Below are positions 1 through 13,439 of a stretch of DNA of 64,000 bases, in pieces; position 1 is the stretch's first letter; each line of letters begins with the position of its first letter. Below the pieces are notes generated by a model. The model was given only the letters and a program-made list of their open reading frames with translations. It was not told the DNA's origin and did not search any database. Origin of the DNA: Eledone cirrhosa (taxonomy: Eukaryota); the NCBI GenBank assembly GCA_964016885.1, contig OZ024741.1:109678001-109742000 (forward strand), given 5' to 3'. The position numbers and the translations under genes are program-made.

Positions 1-3000
1 GTACAGATGATTCTTTACTATCTTGAAGGTCTCGCCAGTGTTCATTTATCCGTTCCCCTACACTACGAGCTGTCTCACCTATGTACACTATATTTTTGTC
101 TCTACATTGTCCTTCAGTACATCTTATGCTATACACAACATTTCTAGTTTTGCAGTTAATATGGGGGCTTATTTTACAGGTTATACATTTCTTATCTATA
201 CATGAGGGTCTTTGGAAAGGGTATGTCTTGCTAATAGGTGTTTTTGCGGAGGTACCTGGTCTTTCTACTTTCTTAATATTGAGTTTATGTTTATTTAGGG
301 CCCTTCTAAATTTGTAAGCTAATTCACCTCTATGGGTTGTATCGATGAACATTACACTCTGGTATTTATTGCTATCATACCATGAGTTTATTCTCTTAGC
401 CTTGTTCCTAGTTCTTTCTATTCTATTCCAAAATTTGCTCCTATACAAGGGGCAGGTCCCATTTATGTCATTATTTACCATTTTTTCCCATTTAGTTCTG
501 GTTCCTCTAAACACTCTGATTTTATCTCTCTGATTGTAGCCAGAGAACTGCATACGGTGGATGAAGTGTTGTATGTGTCTCTCTAGTTCTTCGGGGTTGC
601 ACATGCGGGACACGTTTCTCATCACCCGTACCAAATCCGCAATCAGTATGTTGATTTTGGTATGGTCCGAAACGGCCGAGTTTCGGTGGATCAGATGTTT
701 GGAAGTCATGGGTTTGGCATAATGGGAATGGAGGATTTGTTTTTTGTTATTGATGGTATCTAACCAGAGCTCTGTGTCTAGTACAGGTAATCGATGGTTG
801 GGGTGTTTACTTGGGTAGTCTATAGTAACTCTAATGCTCTGGTGGATGGAGTTAGCTATTTGCTGGATGCTCTCCATTGTGTTTTTCTCTAGTTCCTGAC
901 TGTTCTCTAGTGGGGGTGTCTTAACTACGATGTTTATATCATCAACCTAGCGGGAGTACATTATCACGGTTAAGGGGTCTTCTAATTGTTCTTCAAGTTT
1001 AAGTTTAAGTCTACTGTCCCACCATACCATGAATAATTTAGCTATGTCGCCTGCAATGCTAACACCAATGGCTGCTCCTTCCTCTTGGGCATATGTTTTT
1101 CCATTAAATTTGAACATATGTTCCTTAAGCGTTAGTTTTATGCTGGCCCCTACCGCATGTGCAATCATTTTCTTCAGTTCATCGTGGTTTTCGGGTGTCC
1201 GTATGGCTCTGGTCCACCCGTTCCATCTATATGTGTGGGTTTTCTTGGCCATTGAGGTAATGGTAGGTGGTCTGCCTCTTGCTGGTCTTGTAGGGCACAG
1301 GTTGCTAAGGTCATATGTGTCTAGGTAATTATTACTATAGGTAAGTTTAAGTAGGAGTCCCAGCTCACTGGTATCAATCCCACGGAACTCAACATTGCTC
1401 TCACTGATCATTTCTACGCATTTCTCCACAGCAAAATCCACGTCAATAGATGGATACAGGGACACAACATCCATACTACCTATTATGCAGTTTGTTAGGT
1501 CCCTAGATCGGTTACTCACGCCGATTCTGCTGAGGAGGTCCTCCGTGCTGTCACATACATCTGGGGACATTTCAATGATGGGGCGTATGATCAGGGAGAG
1601 GAAGTAGGACAGTCTGTAGTTACTAGCAATGTTAGCTCCACAGACTGGCCGTGTTGGTGGTCCCGCGACAGGGTCACTGCCCGTTTTATGGTCTTTTCGA
1701 AGCCCATACAACGCCGGCACGTCATTGTTCCAGGCCTGCAAGTTGTTGGCAGTCCTTTTGTTGGGCTGCATTATATTCGTCCACATCACCATATGGGCAT
1801 TGGGGGCTTTTTCTCTATCCTCATGCTCCTGTGGTGTTACCTCTCTTGTGCTAGTGATGTGGGGTTGCATTGCCTGGATGTAGTTTGGCAGGCTGTCAAC
1901 CGACATTCTGCCAGACTTGTCTGTTGGAAAGCATGCTATCTCTCCATTACGCGAGCGCTGCATGAGCTTACGCAAGCCATTTGCAGATTTTTCTCCCAGT
2001 TGCTGGGCCTCCATTCTATTATGCTTCTTGCTATACTGTTCTATATTATTTCTAAGTTCGGATCTAGCTATACTAAATTGTGCTTCTGTTTGTTCATCGA
2101 CCTGCGACGGCAATTGCGTGCGTTTGTTAAATGGTAAAGTCATGGCGTGGACTCGTCGCAGGTCGAACGATTTATCGGAGGGATTATAAAAAGTATAGTT
2201 CCAGGCTGCTGCTTTATGTGTACTAGTGCTATTGTTATTGTTAGTTGTGTTGTTTCTATTTCTATTTCCACCAACAGCCTCATGGTTGTTTCTATGTCTC
2301 TCATAATTACTCCTGTCTCTTTCCACTGGCTCATTATTGTTATCTACCCTATTTTGTGTGTCTGTGTGTTCGTCTTGGTTATTTTCTTTGTCCTTAGTCT
2401 CCCTTCTCCTTTTAATCCTATTGCTTTCCCTTATTTCTGTGATTTCTATGCTACTGTCATTACGTGTTCTCTGTGTCTGTGTGTTTGTTAAGATTGTGGT
2501 GGTGGTGGGAGGCATTGAATGTGTGTGTGTTCTTGTTGTTGATGTGTGCTGTTGTTGATGTGTGTTGTTGTTGTCTCCGTGTGTGTTATTATTGTTGTGT
2601 GTGTTGTTATTGTTGTTTGTGTCTGCGTGTCTGTTGTTGTTGTTTCTGGGTATGTTATTATTTTTGTTGTTGTTGGTGTGTGTGTTGTTGTTATTGTTGT
2701 TTGTGTCTGTGTGTCTGTTGTTGTTGGTATGTGTGTTGTATATGTGTGTGCGTATATTGTTGCTTTTGTTTTTGATTTTGTTTTTGAGGCTCCAGCGTAG
2801 TTTTGTAAATGATTTTTCTATTTCTGACAGACAACTAATCATATTTACCTTCTTGAATGTCGCAAATGGCGGGTGCAGACATAATACCGATAACTCATCG
2901 TCATCTATTATTGTGTTGCCGTATATATTTGTGTTGTTGTTGTTGTTGAACTCATCCGTTAATGAGGTGTCGGCCATATTTATACCGTCAATTTTGTCGG

Positions 3001-3049
3001 GATATCTATTGGTATTCTCTATAGTATCCTGATTTAGCTTTATCTGCTT
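1..3049 (-). mobile_element. Penelope-like retroelement, left (minus-strand) copy: N-terminal region, RT and part of GIY-YIG; runs off the window start
   Basis: ORF 947..3310(-) has PLE RT motifs (TDKSGR, YGLRKDHK, RPVCG, SMDVVSLYPSI, QEEGAAIG). The catalytic YVDD is broken by TAC->TAG at 947-949. Bases 1-946 are the reverse complement of the RT-thumb/GIY-YIG region of the plus copy. Confidence 0.93.
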
Positions 3050-4975
3050 AAGACCAGCAAGAGGCAGACCACCTACCATTACCTCAATGGCCAAGAAAAC
3101 CCGCACAGATAGATGGAACGGGTGGACCAGAGCCATACGGACACCCGAAAACCACGATGAACTGAAGAAAATGATTGCACATGCGGTAGGGGCCAGCATA
3201 AAACTAACCCTTAAGGAACATATGTTCAAATTTAATGGAAAAACATATGCCCAAGAGGAAGGAGCAGCCATTGGTGTTAGCATTGCAGGCGTCATAGCTA
3301 ACTTATTCATGGTATGGTGGGACAGTAGACTTAAACTTAAACTTGAAGAACAATTAAAAAAACCCTTAACCCTGATAATGTACTACCGCTACGTTGATGA
3401 TATAAACATCGTAGTTAAGACACCCCCACTAGAGAACAGTCAGGAACTAGAGAAAAACACAATGGAAAGCATCCAGCAAATAGCTAACTCCATCCACCAG
3501 AGCATTAGAGTTACTATAGACTACCCAAGTAAACACCCCAACCATCGATTACCTGTACTAGACACAGAGCTCTGGTTAGATACCATCAATAACAAAAAAT
3601 AAATCCTCCATTCCCATTATGCCAAACCCATGACTTCCAAACATCTGATCCACCGAAACTCGGCCGTTTCGGACCATACCAAAATCAACATGCTGATTGC
3701 GGATTTGGTACAGGTGATGAGAAACGTGTTCCGCATGTGCAACCCCGAAGAACTAGAGAGACACATACAACACTTCATCCACCGTATGCAGTTCTCTGGC
3801 TACAATCAGAGAAATAAAATCAGAGTGTATAGAGGAGCCAGAACTAAATGGGAAAAAATGGTAAATAATGACATAAATGGGACCTGCCCCTTGCATAGGA
3901 GCAAATTTTGGAATAGAATAGAAAGAACTAGGAACAAGGCTAATAGAATAAACTCATGGTATGATAGCAATAAATACCAGAGTGTAATGTTCATCAATAC
4001 AACCCCTAGAGGTGAATTAGCTTACAAATTTAGAAGGGCCCTAAATAAACATAAACTCAATATTAAGATAGTAGAAAGACCAGGTACCTCCGTAAAAACA
4101 CTTATTAGCAAGACATACCCTTTCCAAAGACCCTCATGTATAGATAAGAAATGTATAACCTGTAAAATAAGCCCCCATATTAACTGTAAAACTAGAAATG
4201 TAGTGTATAGCATAAGATGTACTGAAGGACAATGTACAGACAAAAATATAGTGTACATAGGTGAGACAGCTCGTAGTGTAGGGGAACGGATAAATGAACA
4301 CTGGCGAGACCTTCAAGATAGTAAAGAATCATCTGTACTCTACCAACATGCTAAAATAGAACACAAGGGTAAATTAGAGAACATAGAAATAAAAATAGAA
4401 TCTACACACAGAAAAGACGCAATGTTTAGACAAATTACAGAGGCAATAAAGATAAAAGAATTACAACCAAAATTAAATAGAAAATATGTGTGGAACAGCA
4501 ACATCACAACTTACAATTAAGGACAAAATGAAAACACACACATAGAACAAACAACCAACCAGTAACATGTAAATAAACAAATAAATAAATGAACATAAAC
4601 ACACACAGACACCCGCATGTGGCGCATGCGCAGACTGAGCAGACAACACACACACAGAAACAAAATGGCGTAGGACAGAACAAAGGAGAGGCACAGAAAC
4701 AAAGAAAGGAATCCCCAGTCACTGAAGAGGTCACAGAGTGTGTGACGAAAGAACTATGACTATATATAAACAACTATCTGGTTGTGGAACCAACCAACCA
4801 ACCAGAAATTTATAAATTTATAAATTTATTATAAATTTATTATAATAAATTGAAGTGAAAGCAACTGGTGCGTGTGTTTCTTATTGGCAACATGACCCTC
4901 CCAAAGTATAACAATATCGGTTTCAACACACGATTTCAGATAAAGAATCTTGCTAAACAAATTCAGAAACGAAAT
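3050..4975 (+). mobile_element. Penelope-like retroelement, right (plus-strand) 5'-truncated copy with RT C-half, GIY-YIG endonuclease and 3' pLTR region
   Basis: ORFs 3087..3602 (YYRYVDD, LPVLD) and 3630..4520 (CIDKKCITC, NVVYSIRC, YIGETARSVGERINEH, EA..I....P.LN) are in one frame, separated by TAA at 3600-3602. The 3' non-coding part carries an HHR and ends at a (TA)n tract. The right boundary is approximate. Confidence 0.93.
4717..4761 (+). ncRNA. Minimal type I hammerhead ribozyme in the PLE 3' region
   Basis: AGTCA-CTGAAGA-G-GTCACA(gagtg)TGTGAC-GAAA-G(aa)C-TA-TGACT. Stem I AGTCA/TGACT, 6-bp stem II, minimal stem III, CUA cleavage triplet. Minimal HHRs in PLE pLTRs are established. Confidence 0.85.
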
Positions 4976-5049
4976 ATTAATATATATATATATTAATATA
5001 TATATATATTAGTATATATATATATATATATTAGAAAAGAAAACGAAAA

Positions 5050-5266
5050 ACGATCGACTTTCGTCAAATCGGACCGAGGGAACAATGTTTCCGTTGGTCT
5101 TTCCAATTGCTAATACTATCTATCGGTCGCAACTCCAGGTAGAAGGAGCAACATGAAATAAAGTGTCTTGCTCAAGGACATAAGGCATCGCCTGGTCCAG
5201 GAGTCGAATTCACAACCTTACGATTGCGAATCCAATTCTCTAACCACTCAGCCACACGCCTTCACT
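5050..5266 (-). mobile_element. tRNA-derived SINE, OR1/OR2-like (CORE-type) family
   Basis: The minus strand begins GTGAAGGCGTGTGGCTGAGTGG (A box), then GAATTCGACTCC (B-box-like), then GTCCTTGAGCAAGACACTT (CORE-like). A closely similar copy lies at ~24811-25027. Confidence 0.75.
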
Positions 5267-5308
5267 GTATATATATACATATATACACATATACATATAT
5301 ATATATAT

Positions 5309-5481
<173 letters not shown>

Positions 5482-5494
5482 CATATATATATAT

Positions 5495-5823
<329 letters not shown>

Positions 5824-5827
5824 TATG

Positions 5828-5862
<35 letters not shown>

Positions 5863-6129
5863 AAATATTTATATATACACATATATACACCCGATCTCCC
5901 CTCATTTATCCTGTAACGTTATATGCATCTATTTACACCTCTATCCACCTAACCGTCACCCCAGCCCTCATCAGAATAACATACTCAAGACTTAGGCTAA
6001 ATAACTATGTTTAAACGTGTTTCGTCTTTTATAAACTCCAGGCACGGATGATGTTTTGCTATAGTTTATTGTGTTTAATGTTGTTGTTGTTGTTGTTGTA
6101 GTTGGAGGTGGTGATGTTTTTTTTTTTTT

Positions 6130-6329
6130 TTAATATACATGTGTTGAGGAGGAAAGAAAGGGGGGAGTAGGAGGTAGGTAACGTGTAATAAGTATTTGTA
6201 GTATTTCGAATATAGAGATATACACACACATATATATATACATAAACACACACTCAGATGCACACACACACACACAAACACACGCACACATACACATACA
6301 ACACACATACGCACACACATATATCTATA

Positions 6330-6379
<50 letters not shown>

Positions 6380-6612
6380 TGTGTGTGTATGTATGTATAT
6401 GTGTGTATATACATACACACATACACACATACACACACACACTTATCTATCTCTCTATATATATATGTGTGTGTTTCTGTGTGTGTATGTATATGTGTGT
6501 ATTTCTCTATATTCGAAATACTAGAAATACTTATTATACGTTACCTACCCCCTAATCCACCCTCTCTATTCTCCTCAACACATATATATTAAAACTCCAA
6601 CTACCTCCAACT
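6130..6612. repeat. Imperfect inverted repeat (~130-bp arms) around CA/TG microsatellites
   Basis: 6130-6260 (..GTGTTGAGGAG..GGTAGGTAACGT..AATAAGTATTT..TTTCGAATATAGAGA) is the reverse complement of ~6465-6595. Confidence 0.75.
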
Positions 6613-6622
6613 ATATATATAT

Positions 6623-7521
6623 AGAAACCCAAGAAGCTAGATTTAACATCTTTCTAGCGGGTCCGGGTATGCTTTTTACATTCAATTGATTTATTGATTT
6701 ATTGATTTTTTTATCTGAGTGTCCCGAATCTTCCAGATCGCAACTTTTCGATCGTACGGTTGATTATAGACTTGTTCTATGTGTGACGGTATTTTAACGA
6801 TAGTTATAGCTCTGATTTATCTAAATTATGGAGCCCTCTGCCGCTCATATCGAATTTTGTTTATCGTGAACTCGTGCGCCGATTTTTCGATACTCGATTA
6901 TTCTACTATATTTAGCTCTAGACCTAGCTATTGACCAGTTAATTTTATTGTTCATTTTTTGTCGATTCTATTAAATGATGAATAGCTCCTGTTTATTTTA
7001 ACATGTCTATTGAGCACTCTTATTCGATATGTGTATTTCCACATTTTCCCGAATATTTTTCGTGGATATAGAGGTTATCTCCCTTGCCGAATTCCATGTG
7101 CGTATTTAGCCTGGGTTATGCCTTTTCATTCGTTTGGACAAAGCTCGTTGAGGAAGTAAATTTCCTGTCCGCTGGTATCTAGAAGTCTTATATATTTTTA
7201 TGTGAGCTGATAGAGAACAGTTTAAGGATTTACAGAAACCAAAGAATCTAGATTTAACATCTTTCTAGCGGGTCCGGGTATGCTTTTTACATTCATTTGA
7301 TTTATTGATTTATTGATTTTTTATCTGAGTGTCCCGAATCTTCCAGATCGCAACTTTTCGATCGTACGGTTGATTATAGACTTGTTCTATGTGTGACGGT
7401 ATTTTAACGATAGTTATAGCTCTGATTTATCTAAATTATGGAGCCCTCTGCCGCTCATATCGAATTTTGTTTATCGTGAACTCGTGCGCCGATTTTTCGA
7501 TACTCTATTATTCTACTATAT
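6623..7521. repeat. Partial tandem element: ~288-bp direct repeats (6623-6911, 7234-7521) flanking a 322-bp core, bounded by (TA)n
   Basis: Near-identical direct repeats with a period of ~611 bp; no intact ORF and no TG..CA LTR ends. Confidence 0.85.
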
Positions 7522-7597
7522 ATATATATATTCAAAAACAATGAAAAAAACAGCTGAACAACGGACACTCCTCTGTCTCTCTCTCTCTCTTTCTCTT

Positions 7598-7677
<80 letters not shown>

Positions 7678-7780
7678 AGATTTATTGATAAGCACAGCGT
7701 TCTCATGCATTATATATATTATATACATCCGATATACATACATCCATACATACATACATATATGTACACACGCGCGCACG

Positions 7781-7833
<53 letters not shown>

Positions 7834-7879
7834 TTTTATACATATATATTTTATATATATTTATATATAAGTGTGTAGC

Positions 7880-8130
7880 TCACAAAGAAAAGATGGTATC
7901 AAACAGAAAAAGAAGAGACACAAAGTAACAACAAAAGTAGTGACTGAGGAGGACACAATGTGTTACGAAAGAACTTTGTCATTAAAGATATAAACAGCCA
8001 CCCGGTTACTAAACTAGCCGACTGGGAAAACAATAATAAATTGAAGTGAAACTTTAAAGGTTCGTGTAGTTTTATGGCAGCATGATCCGCTCAAAATATA
8101 CACTATTTGTTTAAACACACTTCAGATAAA
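7880..8130 (+). mobile_element. Older, diverged 3'-end (pLTR) fragment of the first PLE family with a degenerate HHR at 7941-7981
   Basis: CTGAGGAGGACAC..GTTACGAAAGAACT, TAATAAATTGAAGTGAAA, TGGCAGCATGA and TTCAGATAAA align in order with 4720-4943. Confidence 0.7.
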
Positions 8131-8206
8131 TATATGTTTGTGTGTATATATATATATGAAGTGTTTCCGTAGAGAGTGCCCTATGTAGGCTACAGAGCCT
8201 TTTAAA

Positions 8207-8306
8207 TATGTAATAAACAACATAAGATAATTATTTCATGTCGTCTCGTCTATCTTCGTGAAACCTTTGGTACATGAAATAATTATCTTATGTTGTTTAT
8301 TACATA
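8207..8306. repeat. Perfect 35-bp inverted repeat with a 30-nt spacer
   Basis: TATGTAATAAACAACATAAGATAATTATTTCATGT (8207-8241) pairs with 8272-8306. The spacer contains GAAACCtttGGTA, which resembles an HHR 3' half. Confidence 0.85.
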
Positions 8307-8479
8307 ACTATATATATATATCTATATATATATATATATTTATGTATGTATATGTATATTTATACACACACACACATATCTATCTATATAGATATATCTA
8401 TATATCTATATTTATGAGTGTGTGTGGGTGTGTGCGCGCACGCACGTGTACGTGTGCATGTGTGTGTGTGTGTGTATAA

Positions 8480-8640
8480 ATAACAGAATTAACAAAACGA
8501 CACATTACAATAAAGAAATATATTAGTTTAATGCTTGAAATAATAGTAAAAGAGTCGTAACGTTTCGGACACTAGTCCTCCATCAGAAAATAGAATGAGA
8601 AATAAAAGATGAAATAGAAAGATAGAGAAGAAAAGAAAGG
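8480..8640 (-). mobile_element. Short HHR-bearing non-coding element, family A (HHR 8555-8590)
   Basis: Minus strand reads CTGATGGA-GGAC(tagt)GTCC-GAAACGTT. The flanks are homologous to 33600-33765(+) and 34860-34930(-). Confidence 0.7.
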
Positions 8641-8676
8641 AACGGAAAATGAAAAGATGTACGTATTCTGTCAGCC

Positions 8677-8852
<176 letters not shown>

Positions 8853-9394
8853 ATCTCATCCTCAACAATTTATATATATATGTTTGTATACGAAGCTCAA
8901 CCAGCCTCAACACTCAACCACAGCCATTAAACCAGCATAACACGAACAACACCATCACCACAACCATCACCTTCACCATCTCCTCCACCATCATTGCCAC
9001 AACTATCTCGACACAATGACCACATTACAACCACCACCATCGCCACATTATTAACCCACAATCCTAATCTCCGACCCTATACTCCCACAACATCCGACCA
9101 TCCAACCATCACACCACTAGAGCGCCACTCCCACAACATCAGACCACCCAACCACCACACCACTAGGCCCCCACACCACAACACTAATATACCACCACAA
9201 CACCACATGACCACCTCACTGCCACTATCACAATTACAGTTATTTCCTTTTACAATAAATTACCATACAACTGCCACCTAGACGTCTCAATTAGATGAAG
9301 AATAATGTAATGGGTTGTAGGTGAGTGATTTAAGGAGAAGAGATGGGAAATGGTGCGGCACGGTAGTAGCTACTGATGGTGGTGATGGTGGTGG

Positions 9395-9451
<57 letters not shown>

Positions 9452-10364
9452 GGAAGAAGAATGGCTGTCGCAAATTTTGTTCTACTGCTGCACTCATATT
9501 AAAATGTCTAGTTAAAACATTTCATAAACATTAGGTTCAACAGCAATATTTAGCAACAACAACAACAACGGCAGCAACAGCAACAAGAATAGGTACAACG
9601 ACAATGCCAGCAACAACAACAACAACAACAATCTGCTGTGGCAACGACACAACAACTGACAACGACAACAGCAACAACAGCAGTTACAGCCACAACAACA
9701 CCACCAACAATAACAACAAACACATCGACAACAACCCCACTCCAGCCATCACTTCCAAAATTATCAACAACAACAACACAACAGCAACAACAACAACAAC
9801 AGCAACAACGAGTAGAACAATGAAGAGACATTCACATAGGACTTGAACAACGTAAACAACATCAGCAAGCGACAACACCAACAGAGAACACCACCACCAC
9901 CACCACCACCACCACCACCACCATCATCAACAACACAAATTGACAATAATAACACAAATAACAACAAAAAACAATAACAACAGCAAGTAGGAGGCAGGAA
10001 GGAGGCGCCCTAAATGAAGACGTGAGGAGAAATATTTTAAGACAAAGCAATTTGCTGTCAAGAAAATGGCAAAACAACGTAACTACATTTTGTAAACTAT
10101 TCTCATTCTCTCTCTCTCTCTCTTTCTATACACACACCCATACACACACCACAGACACGCGTATATATACATATATATGAGTGTGTGTGCGTGTGTAATG
10201 ATAACACAACTATATATATAGTGTATTGGTGTGTAATGTTTAATTACTAATGGTTCTCCAGTTTGAGCACCCAATGCTAATGTGCGGGTCCGGCTACGGA
10301 TGCGGGATTCTACGTTTCGTACTTCACCATTATCGTTATGCTTAAGAAGCAGGGTGTTAATAAT

Positions 10365-10546
10365 TGTTTTTACATTTGGCACAGCAAATACCAGTACATT
10401 ACTGGTACTTTATTTTATCGACCCCGAAAGGGTGAAAGGCAAAGTCAACCTCGGTGGGATTTCAACTCAGACCACAAAGGGCCGTAACTCTTTGCTGCAA
10501 AGCATGGCGTCCGACCCTCTACCACCGACACTGCCAATCCACCGCC
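10365..10546 (-). mobile_element. OK-like tRNA-derived SINE with a 13-bp TSD
   Basis: Minus strand GGCGGTGGATTGGCAG...GTTGAAATCCC...GCCTTTCACCCTTTCGGGGTCGATAAAATAAAGTACCAG. TSD GGGTGTTAATAAT at 10352-10364 and 10547-10559. Confidence 0.8.
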
Positions 10547-10559
10547 GGGTGTTAATAAT

Positions 10560-10760
10560 GATTTCTATTATAGGCACATGGCAAGTAATTTTTGGGGAGG
10601 GGAAAGTCGATTAAATCGACCCAGTGCGTGACTGGTACTTTATTTTATCGACCCCGTAGGGATGAAAGGCAAAGTTATTCTCGGCGGGATTTGAACACAG
10701 ATCATAAAGGGCCGTAACTCTATGCTGCAAAGCATGGCATCCGACCCTCTACCGATACTA
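10560..10760 (-). mobile_element. OK-like SINE (second copy)
   Basis: Same core (CTGGTACTTTATTTTATCGACCCC..GATGAAAGGC..GGCGGGATTTGAAC on the plus strand). Confidence 0.75.
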
Positions 10761-11497
10761 AGGAGCAGGAACGAAGTATCAATATAACATCAATAGGTTT
10801 ATTCACACGTATCAATAATATAAAATACCAGTAACGCATTGAGATCAATTTAATCGACTTTCCCTTCCCTTTAAATTTCTGGACTTGTGGCTAATTCAGA
10901 GACCATCATAATTATTATTAGAAACTGGAATGTCTTCAAGCACTCACATCCCTCAGTGAATCGGGCAGTGGGATTGGTAGGAAATCTATCTTGACTTTCT
11001 ATACAGGTGTAGTGGCAAGTAAAAACGACAACGTTCTTGGAGAAACTCTGGGGTCAACGAAAATCAACTAGCCTCTCTTTTCTAGACCCAGAGAAAACTT
11101 CCAGAAATCCCAGGCATAATAGTGCTATTGAGAAAGTTTGCCAATTCAAAAGAAACTCTACAGGCATGGAAATGTCTTTAGCTGGACCTGTCCAAGATGC
11201 ACACAGGGTGATGCAACCGTCCTGCATACACTCATTGTGTGTCCGAAGGATTGCTAACTTGTGGGTTAACGTCAAACACCTACTGTCACATGTAGGATGG
11301 ATCCGACTATCAACAGAGTTCATTGGGAAAATCACCCTGCCGTCTTCCGTTAAAGGAGAAGGGCAGACAATTTTTATCTGCTTGGTGGTCATGGCGAAAG
11401 AGGTCGTATAGTGGACGCGCTTGAACGAGTTGAAGACAAACACTGTATTGTTTGATTTGTTGTTTCCGTTTACTTTTTGCATCTCTCTCTCTCTCTT

Positions 11498-11529
<32 letters not shown>

Positions 11530-12027
11530 AGTGTGTGTGTGTGTGTGTGATTATTATTATTTATAATTTAGCTCTTGACTTAACGTAGAGTGCTCTTTTT
11601 ACTTTATAAATTCAAAGGAAATGTATATATATATATAAACACACACACATCAGACAGAGATAGAGAACACATATATCCATAAATATTCATATACGCATAC
11701 ATTCACACAAACGCGTGCGCACGATAATAAACCCACCGTGTACACCCTCAATGATATTTTTGTATTATCCAAAATTCTGAAGCCAGACAGTGCATTTTAT
11801 AGTTGCCACGCTCCCGTATCTTTCCATCATTGATTCCTTCTTTCTTTCCTTCCATTTTCCTTCCTTTTTTCCTTCTATCTTTCCGTCTTGCTTTCTTTCT
11901 TTATCTTCTTTTTTCCTCTCTTTCCTTTTTCTCCTTAACTTTTAACTTTTTTTTATTAATATTTCAGGGTGTATGTTGATGTGGTTGACCTCCAGAGATC
12001 AGCAAATGTCAGTCGGAAGATTTAAAC

Positions 12028-12068
<41 letters not shown>

Positions 12069-12599
12069 GCTAATACTACTACTACTGCTACTAGAACTGT
12101 GGAGAGATCAGAGGTCAGAGATACGCCAATTTTAAAATGGCGACCAGCATCAAATTACGGCTGTCTTGGAAAATGGCCACATAAGTGGTAAATTTGACGA
12201 AAGAAAAGAAAGGTAAAAAAAGAATGCCGGATCTATGTTATAGAAATAGATTTGTGGAAATTGAGTTTTGTTATTATTGTTGTTCTGGGAGGTGTTGTGG
12301 CGTTGATGGTGTAGGTGTGTTGGGTGTGATCGTGATGTGTTTTTCTTTGTGTGATGTTGTGGTGTTGATGGTTGTGATCTTGAATAATGTTGGTGGTGGG
12401 TGGAGTTATGTTGATGGTGTTATGATGGAGGTGATAATGGTGATGGTGTTGTTGTTGTGGGGGTGTGTTGGTGGTGATAATGGTGTTGGTTCTGACGTCA
12501 GTGAGAGTGTTAAGGAGATTGTAATATTATATTAGATATTCTCATATTTGTTGGTCATGTTGTCGATACGACTATTAGGGTTGTAGTGCTGAACAATGT

Positions 12600-13015
12600 G
12601 GGTTCACTTAGTGTGCTGTAGCATGGTGTAGTGTACAGTGTTGTAGTATAATGCTGTATAGTATAGTGTGGTATAATGTAGTGTTATATACAGTATTATG
12701 TAGTGTATATATAGTATTGTATAGTATTGTGTAGTGTAGTTTTACCTTAGATAGTGCAGTGTAGTATGGTATAATATCGTGTTATATAGTGCAGTGTATT
12801 GTGGTGTAATATAGTATTATATAGGAAAGTACAATGTAGTGTGGTATAATGCACTGTTGTATAGTACAGTGTAGTGTGGTGTAATGCAGTGTTGTATAGT
12901 ATAGTACAGTGTAGTGTGATGTAATATAGTATCATATAGTATAGTACAGTGTAGTGTGGTGTAATGCAGTGCTATATAATATAGTAGAGCGTGGTGTGGT
13001 GCAATGCACTTTTAT
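12600..13015. repeat. Degenerate pentamer satellite (GTAGT/ATAGT/GCAGT)n
   Basis: Continuous 5-bp periodicity, with a ~50-bp higher-order repeat at 12860-12975. Confidence 0.75.
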
Positions 13016-13439
13016 ATCATACATTCTGACTTGAATTCATCCGCTATAATTCACTACCCACCACGCTTCAAATAAATGGCTTCACCGTAACCCTGGTAGG
13101 GTGGCCCTCGAGTGATAGGCCGTGCCAAAAAGCCATTATTGATTTGATCTAGGACTGCGATGGTAGCCCACTATAATAAGAGAGCTCATTTCTTTGCTCC
13201 ACTTCTGTCTCCGTTCTGTAGCCTATCCTACTGCACAACGAGACCCCTTTACCATTGGTTCTAGCACCATTCACGCTGTTATTTGCACATATATTTGTTT
13301 CCATCTTCACTTAAACCTGAGGTGTGTATAATGGTTAGCATCAACCAGCAGTTTTCTCAAAACACCATCTCTAGGAGGATTGTCCATCAATATTAGAGAG
13401 TTAATACTGCACATAAGACAGAACAATATCCCGTCGGAT

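Noticed and set aside
23-3032. Plus-strand ORFs over the left PLE copy and minus-strand ORFs at 3806-4773
   Set aside because: Antisense shadows of the PLE ORF and its 3' region.
5205-5266. tRNA gene calls for SINE heads (also 26062, 46990-47084)
   Set aside because: They have A/B boxes but no complete cloverleaf and continue into SINE bodies.
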